Shown one piece after another: positions 29,209 to 37,700 of a DNA stretch of 64,000 nucleotides (positions within the stretch are counted from its first letter, which is position 1; each line of letters opens with the position of its first letter). Under the pieces are notes generated by a model. The model did not search any database. It was not told where the DNA came from and was given only the letters and a program-made list of their open reading frames with translations. The position numbers and the translations under genes are program-made. Source of the stretch: Polyangiaceae bacterium (GTDB lineage Bacteria; Myxococcota_A; Polyangia; Polyangiales; Polyangiaceae); NCBI GenBank assembly GCA_050287085.1, contig JBNKBE010000003.1, forward strand, positions 15,252 through 79,251, in the 5' to 3' direction.

Positions 29209-29322
29209 GAGCGCGCCCTCGCCGCTTTGGGTCGCTGGTGGGGTCTTGAGTCGAACCCTGCCGGCGCGCCGCAACGCCTCCCAAGCAGAAGGACGTCGCG
29301 GCCTCTCCGATCTGGCTGCGAG

Positions 29323-30210
29323 CTACGGTGCCGGCAACACGATGCGCCCGGGGGCGCCGGTGTCTCCGTCAGCGGTGTGGCAGCTATTGCAGTCGCCGTC
29401 CGTCTGCGGGGAGTACATCGGTCGTTCACCTTCCGCGGTCACGACCTTGGCGGTATAGGGCATGGCAATCGGCCCGTTCGCGAAGAAGTTGCCGGAAGTA
29501 TTCGGCATCAACGTGAGCTCCATGCCATTGGCGTCAGTGATGACGATCGTCGCCCCCGAATCCGGGCCCGCACCCACGCAGTCATTGGGTTCATGCCCCG
29601 TCGGAAAGAGCGTCCCGGCGATAGAAAAGCGAGGGCCTTCCCCCCGCGAGTGGCAGGCTATGCAAGCCTCTCCGGGCCGCATCCGGGGACTTTCCCGGTC
29701 GTTGTTGAACTGCCCACTGGTGCACTGGGCCTCCGCACGTAGTGGATCCGGAGTCGCACTCGAGTCGTCCGGCGGCATCATATCATTGCCCGCTCCCGCG
29801 GTCTCCGCGCCAGCGCCCCCAACGTCGGAGCCTGCGCCGGCCGCTTCCGGGCCGGCCCCCCCTTCGGAGGCGGTACCCGCCGTACCGGGCTCAGCAGTGG
29901 CGCCGCCATCCGAGCCGATGCCCGCGACGCCTTGTCCCCCGCTCCCATCCGGGCCCGAAGAAGCCCCGCCTGGGCCCCCGCTTTCGTCCGGCGCTCCCGC
30001 CTGGCCCCCAGCTGCGGAGCCGGCCATCACATTCGCACCGTCACCATTCGGCGAGGTTGCCCCTCCCCCTTGCGGGGCTCCCCCCCAAGCTGTCAGCTCA
30101 TCGGTATCGATGTTTGGATCAGCGCCGCAGGCCGTCAGCGACAACGCAACGCCCAACGCGACACAGACGCCGCAAACCCCAATTCGGGGTGCTCCAACTA
30201 ATTCGGTCAT
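29323..30210 (-). CDS. Diheme c-type cytochrome lipoprotein
   Basis: Lipobox LTAC, Gly-rich tether, two CxxCH motifs (CIACH, CNSCH), nearby Met residues (MRPG, RPM). Confidence 0.85.
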   Translation of the reverse strand: MTELVGAPRIGVCGVCVALGVALSLTACGADPNIDTDELTAWGGAPQGGGATSPNGDGANVMAGSAAGGQAGAPDESGGPGGASSGPDGSGGQGVAGIGSDGGATAEPGTAGTASEGGAGPEAAGAGSDVGGAGAETAGAGNDMMPPDDSSATPDPLRAEAQCTSGQFNNDRESPRMRPGEACIACHSRGEGPRFSIAGTLFPTGHEPNDCVGAGPDSGATIVITDANGMELTLMPNTSGNFFANGPIAMPYTAKVVTAEGERPMYSPQTDGDCNSCHTADGDTGAPGRIVLPAP

Positions 30211-30564
30211 TGTACTCCATCAGAACGGTCGTCGCTGCCGCCATCGGCGCGGCCGTTCAACGTGCCCCACTGACACGAAGTCACTATCGACCTGAGCCAA
30301 GCGGGACATTTTCTCTCGGCGGAACCCCACCACGTCGGCAGTCGAGCGCCGGCGTCCAGGGTCATTGGGGGGAGCAACGCGGTACCTACACCGGCTCCTC
30401 TGCGAGGAGCCGTGGCCGCACCCATGCCGATCTGTGTCCGCAATTCACGAAAACATGCACACGGAAATTTGATACAAAAGCAGGAAATTCCCGAACGTTG
30501 ACTGCCACGTGGCAAAAACGCACCGGCCCGCTCCCGCCAGTGCCGTAGCGACGCCAGCGCAGGT

Positions 30565-31413
30565 TCAAATATTGTTGCAGAACAATGCGACGTCTCGAGG
30601 GCTATCGTCCTGCAACTGAATGAAGATCTCGCAGGACGTGTCCAGCCCCGACAATGTCACCGTAGGCCAACTCGCATTAGCCTCGAAGCTGGCCTGCGCC
30701 GCCGCATCGCAACCGTCACCGACCAGAAACCACACAAGGGGCAACTCGGTGGCATTCTCCTGAGCCAACTGAAGCTTAACTCCCCGCGCTGCCTGATCGG
30801 TCCACCATGATGGTGGCGTCAGATGAACACAGTCAACAGACGAGACCTGAGTCGTCACGTTGAATTCCACCGACGTCGCAGACGCCTGCTCGCAACCTTC
30901 GGGAACCGCAACCTGATTCAATCCGGCGTCCGCAGCGCCCGCAGTGCCAGCCCCCGCAGTGCCCCCGCCCGCGTCGCCGTCGGACGGTGACTCGTCCATC
31001 CCGGAAGCGCCGGAGGCACCGCCTGCATCGTCGTCCGGCGCACTCGTATCACCCGCAGCGCCCGACGTGCCCGCAGCACCCGCTTTATTGCCGCTTTCGT
31101 CATCGGCAGCGCCAGCCCTACCGCCGCTGGCGGCTCCGCCACCATCGTCTTGGCCATTGTCCTTGTCGCCGCTGCCCGCGGCCGCACCGCCGTTGTTTGA
31201 ACCTTTTCGGCCCGCTGAAGCGCTCTCATCGTCGACCGCGCCGATCACGCCGGGATTGTCCCCGCCGTTCGCGCAACCCACCGCCCCCAATGCCAGCGCC
31301 CCCCCAGCTATAACCGTGGCTATGAGCCCTGGCCCCACGCCGGCACGCCCAGCTCTAGCCGAGATATTCCTGACCCTGTCTGCTTCCGAAACTACGCGCA
31401 TCAACCGTCCCAT
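30565..31413 (-). CDS. Hypothetical lipoprotein (Gly/Asp/Ala linker plus small Cys-containing beta domain)
   Basis: Lipobox LGAVGC within ORF 30565-31656. Start uncertain. Confidence 0.65.
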   Translation of the reverse strand: MGRLMRVVSEADRVRNISARAGRAGVGPGLIATVIAGGALALGAVGCANGGDNPGVIGAVDDESASAGRKGSNNGGAAAGSGDKDNGQDDGGGAASGGRAGAADDESGNKAGAAGTSGAAGDTSAPDDDAGGASGASGMDESPSDGDAGGGTAGAGTAGAADAGLNQVAVPEGCEQASATSVEFNVTTQVSSVDCVHLTPPSWWTDQAARGVKLQLAQENATELPLVWFLVGDGCDAAAQASFEANASWPTVTLSGLDTSCEIFIQLQDDSPRDVALFCNNI

Positions 31414-31779
31414 TCCGATTCTCCACACTGGCGAGCGAGAGGCACGCTGGCAAAGGGCCACAAGCCCGCGACGAGTGTGTGTTGCACCGCCTACCCCCGA
31501 CATGCCACATGCACGCGCAGAAGGGTCTTGGTTCACCACGTAGCGTTCAGGGCAGGACAACCGCTGCCGACAAAGCGCCACCCAGCTAAACTGCTTCAAT
31601 CCACCACGCAAAGCAAGCCGGCTTGATATGACGCCCCTCGACCGGGCAGTGCTCACGGATCGTCTGGATCGCGCCTGAGTCGGAATTGACTATCGCGCAA
31701 GGGGATCTGCAAAGCTGGACGTATCGATCAGGGACGCCCCCACCGCTTTTTCGGTGAACTCTGACTGGGCCAGCAGGTG

Positions 31780-34332
31780 CTACTGGGTAATCGCGGGTGA
31801 TGGCTGTCCCGAATAGACAGCATTGCACCGCGGATGCACTAGGTCGCTTCCCGGACAATCGAGGCCCTGAAAATCTGCGAGGGAGCGGGTGGGCTCTGCG
31901 TACCCGTCCGGAATCGCCAAGTTAGCGAAGGTGCGAAAGTACTGCAGGCAGGCATCCCGCCACCAACGGGCCTCGTAGTGCTGAATCTGCAGCAACTCCG
32001 AGACCTCCGCGAAGCGGCGGACGTCCACCCGACTTTCCACGGAATCCCAAGCAGCGCGCATGTCGCCAACAGCATCGACCCCTCGACTGTAGCGGTGGAC
32101 CAGCTCCTCCCACAGGGTGCGTCCTGAGCTCAGAGGCTCCTGCCAGCCAACGTGGTGGAAGAACAGGAGCAGGTCCTCCGGCACGGTATCCCGATTGGCC
32201 AGCATCTCGCGCAGGGGTCCGGCATATTGAGACACTGCGTTGCTTCCTGAAGCGGTACGATCAAAACCAAGCCCTTGCGCATCCGCCTTGTGGAAGTAGA
32301 CCGGATTCCATTCGGGCCGCCCCAGATTGCTCACCCACGGCCCCGGTCCGTAGTGATGATCGCTACCCATGATGTGTGCGAGCCCCAAGGGCGTCATGTA
32401 GTCGACGAGTGCTTGGCGGGACGCCATCATCATCGTGACGACGGGCATCAATAACGCAGGATCATTGCCGAAGGTCTGACGTGCCCATTCGGTAGCTACA
32501 GCCTCCGCACCCAGATCGGGATCCCAAGCCATACGCCCAAACGCGTACCAATTGGCCTGATTGAAGTGAGATCCGCTCCAATTCTCATCGCTGCCGACGT
32601 TGGCAACGCCCGCTATCACCGACCTGTCGTAGCCATGGAGCGAGCCGTCCACGACCCGCGCAACCGTAGAGCCCTCGCCGTCCACGTGAGTATCGCTTTG
32701 CAGCACCTCTTCGAAGACAGAGCCCACGTAGGCCAGATGCGAATCCTGCCCCAGGTACTCTTTGGTGATTTGGAGCTCCAGGGCCAAGGGGGTGTCGGGC
32801 ATCGCTCCAAAAAGTGGCGAAAACGGCTCTCGCGGCTGAAAGTCCAAGGGACCGTTTTTTACCTGAACAACGACATTCGGCAAAAACTGCCCGTCCAGCG
32901 GCTTGAACTCGTCGTAGGCCTCCCTGATGCGATCGATCGAGCCCCCCTCCGAATAGACAAAGGCCCGCCACATGACGATCCCACGGTCTCCCAGGGCCTC
33001 GGCCAGCATGTTGGCCCCGTCCGCATGAGAGCTTTGGTAGGTCTGCGGCCCCGGTTGTCCTTCGGAATTCGCCTTCACCAGAAAGCCCCCAAAATCAGGG
33101 ATCCGTTCATAGATTTCGTCGGCTTTCGACGCCCACCAAGCGCGAACCCCGGCGTTCTTGGGATCTGCCGTACCTTGCCCTCCGATTTCCATCGGTGCGC
33201 TGAAGCGTGCAGTGAGGAATACTCGAATCCCATAGGGACGAAAGACATCGGCCAGCGCAGCCACTTTGTCCAAGTACTGCGGAGTGAGCACTTGTGCGTC
33301 CGCGTTCACATTCGTCAACACCGTGCCGTTGATCCCAATCGACGCGCAGGCCCGCGCGTACTCGGTGTAGCGGGGAGATAAGGTCCCAGGCAGGTTGCCC
33401 CAATCCCACAGCGAGCGCCCCGCGTAGCCACGCTCAACGCTGCCGTTGAGATTGTCCCAATGATTCAACAGGCGATGCTCGATCTTCGGCGCGCCTTCCA
33501 GCATCAAGTTGCTGAGGGGGCGATGGCTTTGCAGATGACGCAGGAGCGCAAAGGCGCCGTACAACGCGCCAACCTCGGTGTTGCCAACAATCACCGTGGT
33601 TGGGTGTCCTTCAACTTCGGCATTAGTGACGACGTAAGCGTCGTCAGCGAGAGCGTCGAGGCTTACGTCCTGCGGTAGCGACGCCACTTCTGCCAGCGTC
33701 GCGGGGGTGCCGACCAACACCCCACCCTCGGCGTCCACGGCCGCGTTGACCGCGATTTGCTGACCGGTGAGGCCAGCCAGTCCCAACACCAGCTCATCGC
33801 GTGCCGCCCGCAGGGTCTCGGTCTGTCCCGGCTCGACAACGTAGCGGAACGCGTCCTGGTACTGGCCTGCACGAGGCGCCACGGTGACCGCCGGATAGCG
33901 CAGCCATAGCTGCTCCCCACTCTCGTTGGGCGCGGGCCTGGACGGCGGGTCGTATACCAACTCGTCCTCATCATCGCCCCCTACCGCAGCGCCACCAGCG
34001 TTGGGCTCCACCCCGGCACTTCCCGCGAGCGGCCCTGACCCGGCGGCTCCCTCGCCTCCGGTGTTGGCGCCGCCCTGCGACTGAGCGCCGCCCTGCGACT
34101 GAGCGCCGCCCTGCGACTGAGCGCCGCCCTGCGACTGAGCGCCGCCCTGCTGGCCACCGCCCTGCGACTGAGCGCCGCCTCCCCCGCCCGAAACGTGGGT
34201 CGCGCCCGACGTCGCCCCTGCCGTGGACATCGCGCCGGGACTAGGAGCCATCGAATCGTCCGAACAGGCCGGCACGACACACACGCACGATACCACGACG
34301 ACAAGGCGCGGCAGAAAGGATCGAATGGACAT
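31780..34332 (-). CDS. aguA: Alpha-glucuronidase (GH67), lipoprotein
   Basis: LWLRY, LNHWDNLNGSVERGYAG, FLVKANSEGQPGP, KNGPLDFQPREP, ELQITKEYLGQ, YMTPLGL..HHYGP; lipobox VPAC. Confidence 0.95.
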   Translation of the reverse strand: MSIRSFLPRLVVVVSCVCVVPACSDDSMAPSPGAMSTAGATSGATHVSGGGGGAQSQGGGQQGGAQSQGGAQSQGGAQSQGGAQSQGGANTGGEGAAGSGPLAGSAGVEPNAGGAAVGGDDEDELVYDPPSRPAPNESGEQLWLRYPAVTVAPRAGQYQDAFRYVVEPGQTETLRAARDELVLGLAGLTGQQIAVNAAVDAEGGVLVGTPATLAEVASLPQDVSLDALADDAYVVTNAEVEGHPTTVIVGNTEVGALYGAFALLRHLQSHRPLSNLMLEGAPKIEHRLLNHWDNLNGSVERGYAGRSLWDWGNLPGTLSPRYTEYARACASIGINGTVLTNVNADAQVLTPQYLDKVAALADVFRPYGIRVFLTARFSAPMEIGGQGTADPKNAGVRAWWASKADEIYERIPDFGGFLVKANSEGQPGPQTYQSSHADGANMLAEALGDRGIVMWRAFVYSEGGSIDRIREAYDEFKPLDGQFLPNVVVQVKNGPLDFQPREPFSPLFGAMPDTPLALELQITKEYLGQDSHLAYVGSVFEEVLQSDTHVDGEGSTVARVVDGSLHGYDRSVIAGVANVGSDENWSGSHFNQANWYAFGRMAWDPDLGAEAVATEWARQTFGNDPALLMPVVTMMMASRQALVDYMTPLGLAHIMGSDHHYGPGPWVSNLGRPEWNPVYFHKADAQGLGFDRTASGSNAVSQYAGPLREMLANRDTVPEDLLLFFHHVGWQEPLSSGRTLWEELVHRYSRGVDAVGDMRAAWDSVESRVDVRRFAEVSELLQIQHYEARWWRDACLQYFRTFANLAIPDGYAEPTRSLADFQGLDCPGSDLVHPRCNAVYSGQPSPAITQ
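34067..34178. repeat. Coding 18-bp tandem repeat (GGAQSQ units) in the GH67 linker
   Basis: GCGCCGCCCTGCGACTGA repeated about 5 times with one interrupted unit. Confidence 0.85.
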
Positions 34333-34742
34333 GAGCTTACCCCGGGGCTGCATACCAAGTCTGCGCCAGTAGGAACACATTCTCCCGCTCGCGCCGACCG
34401 CGGTGCCATTGTAGACGCGCGCCCCGGCCCAAAGCAGCCTCCGCACGCCGATCGTCCGCTGGATATCCTGTTCGTGACGCAATTTGCCTGTAGTTCCAAG
34501 ATTCTAAGGGCAGCGGCGCAGCTCTCATACCCTGCGCGAAAGTCCCGATGGACGCCTGGCGCCGGTGTCGAAGTCACCCGCGTGTCCCTTGCACACGACC
34601 GCGAAACGCCGCCGGCGACGCTGGCACGTCGACTCCTCCGGCCTTTTGGGGCGACCGCCGTTCTCGGTCATAGGCTGCCTTGCGACCGAGCGCATGGGCC
34701 ATAGCGCTCAAGGCTGCCCGGGCTCTGCCGTACGTCTCGGGC

Positions 34743-37700
34743 ATGGGTTGGAGCGACTACGAGATAACCAAGACGCTAAGCAAGGGCAGCGTCACCGCCG
34801 TCTACCGCGCCGTGCGCAAGCACGACGGGGCAAGACTAGTGATAAAGACATTCGTCACGGAGTATCCACCCGCGCACCTCCGCGCACGTCTCGAGCGCGA
34901 GGCTCATAGGCTCCGTCGCGTGCAGTCATCAAATGTCGTTGAGTTGATCGCCTATGAGCCGAGCGAATCCCTTCCGTTATTAGCGCTTGCGGACGTAGAC
35001 GGAGTCCCCCTGTCGGGATTGGGACCCTTCCCGATCTCGAGCTTTCTGTCGATCGCGCTACAACTGACTCGCGGCCTGGCGGCTCTGCACGCGAGCGGCA
35101 TTATCCACCGAGATGTAAAGCCGGACAACGCGGTGCTCAACCAGGCGACGGGCAGGGCCTATTTGATCGACCTCAGCAGCGCGAGCCTGGAGGGGGAGCA
35201 CGAGCTCACCACCAAGAGTGGTACCGAACCGGTCTCTCCACCCTACATGTCACCCGAGCAGAGCGGACGTATGAATCGCTCGGTCGACTACCGCACCGAC
35301 TTCTACTCACTCGGGATCACGTTCTACGAACTCCTGAGTGGATCGCTTCCCTTCGAAGCAGAAGACGCGATGGGGTGGGTTCACTGCCACCTGTCGCGAG
35401 CAGTACCGGACGTCCGCGAACGCATGGCCTCCGTCCCACAAACGCTGGCCCTCATCATTGCCAAGCTGACGGAAAAGGACCCGGATGCGCGATACCAGGG
35501 TTGCGCCGGCCTGCTAGCAGATCTCGAGCGCTGTCGCGACGGCCTCGAGCGTAGCGGGGAAGTGCCGCACTTCGAACCTGGCGCCTCTGACCTTTCCCCG
35601 GTGTTCAGATTGCCTACGCAGGTCTTCGGCCGCAACGCGGAGATACAGGACTTGGTGGAACAGTTCGAGGCATCACGGTCTTCGAGCGCACGCCTTCTCT
35701 TGGTTGAAGGAGCCGTTGGCGTGGGCAAGAGCGCAGTGCTAAGCGCCCTGCAGCCCAACGTGCAGTTGGCCGGTGGCTTCTTCGCACGCGGCAGCTTTGA
35801 TCGACTGGGTCAGGCCATCCCCTACAGCGGTGTCTTGAAAGCTTTAGACCAAGTCATGTCAACACTGCTTGCGCTCTCAGAGCAAGAGTTGGACGTGCAG
35901 CGCTCCAGAATCTTGAGCCGTGTTGGCCCCAACGGACGTGTTCTGACTGAGTTGCTACCGAGCAGCGAGCTGGTGCTGGGAGCTCAACCCGCATTGGCAG
36001 AGCTTGGACCCGCTGAGGCGCTGCGCCGTCTCAAGGCCGTGTTATCGGGCTTGCTTCAAGCACTCGCCACCGCAGAACATCCTCTCGTCCTTCTGCTCGA
36101 CGATCTCCAATGGGCCGACCCGGGAACGCTCGAGTTGCTACGGGATTGGTTTGTGGAGCAACAACTCGAATGCCTACTGGTGGCAGGTGGCGTACGCACC
36201 GACGAAGATGAGAACCAAGCCGTCACCAAGTCCCTGGCTCAGCTACGGGGTGAAGCCCCCAGCGCGGTCACCGAGCTCAAGCTTGGTCCCTTGTCGCGCC
36301 CTGCACTCGAGTCCCTCGTCGGTGCCGCCATCGGGAAAGACTCCCCCTTGCGCAGTCCCCTCGGCGAGATGTTGGAGCAGAAGACGGCGGGAAACCCATA
36401 TTTTGCCGGTTCACTGCTCCGGGAGCTCGCCCGCCAAAGCATATTACGCTTCGACTCCGAGGCGGCGCATTGGACCTGCGACCTAGCTGCAGCCAGCGCC
36501 ATCCGGGTCAGTGACAACGTAGCAGGCATGATGCTTGACCGGCTGCGCTCTCTCCCCGAAGCAGTCCTACACCTACTTCAAGTCGCCGCCTGCTTCGGCA
36601 TCCAAACTCAGATGGATGCCCTGGCAAGAGTAGCAAAGCTCGAGTGTACCGACGTTGAGACCATCAGTGCCGCGGCGGTCAAGGAAGACTTGGTTGTCCT
36701 CATACGGCAAGAGGATCGTTCGATCTTGCGTTTTACGGACGAACGCGTGCAACAAGCCGCCTACGACCTGTCGACGCCAGACAGACGAGCCGAAATTCAT
36801 CTTGCCATTGCACGCTATCAAAACACGCAGCCGACAAGCCACGGCCTCCTGGAGCGGGTGAATCACTACAATAGAGGCTGCCAGCACATCACGGATGCGG
36901 CGGAATTCGACACGCTGGTCGAGCTCAACCGCAAGGCGGGCGACCAGGCGATGCAGAGCGCCGCCTATCCGAGCGCCCTCAGCTACTTCCAGCAAGCCAG
37001 TCAGGCCCTGACAGACGCAAGCGACGAAGTCCGAAAGCGAAACAGCTTCATCGTCGGCCTGGCGCTAGCGGAATGTCTCTATCAGACGACGCAGCTGGAC
37101 GCAGCCGCACGCCAATGCGAACGGCTATTGGAACACGCTGCGGACGAGCTGGAACGTGCCCACGTGACGGTCTTCCAGGCACGGCTAGCGGAGCATGCCG
37201 GGGACTTTCAAGGTACCCTGGACCTCTTGCGCGCCGGACTCGCGCAGCTGAAGATCGAACTGCCCGCCGATCATGATGCCATCGGCCAAGCTATCGGCGG
37301 CGGCATTGAGAAGATGCAGGCGCACCTCGCCCAGACACCGCTGGCGGACATTCCCAAGCTGCCTCTGATGGAAAACCAGGCGATGGCCCTGGCAATGCGG
37401 ATGCTCTACCACGTCGTGCCAAGCGCGATCCAGACCTACCCGCCCCTCTTCATTCTCGCTGAGCTGCTGATGTTCGATCTCACGCTACGAGAGGGACTCA
37501 CGCCCTACGCCTGCAAGAACGTCATGGACTGCGGTATTATCCAGGGCTCCGTTCTGGGTGACTACCGCCGCGCGTTCGACTTCGGACAAAGCGCTTTCGC
37601 CCTGATCGAACGGTTCCGGCCGACCGCGATCGAGTCCTCCGCGGCATTCGTCCAGGCGGCATTCATCGCTCATTGGTCCATGCCCGTGGAAGAGTCCTTA

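Noticed and set aside
28816..29742. Repeat-derived ORFs (CCAGR, PAQHR, MLCRS) as RiPP precursors or metallothionein
   Set aside because: The 15-bp stop-free unit opens all frames; these ORFs overlap real genes and no maturase is nearby.
34621..34637. TGGCACG upstream of the giant kinase as a sigma-54 promoter
   Set aside because: The -12 position reads CC rather than GC.
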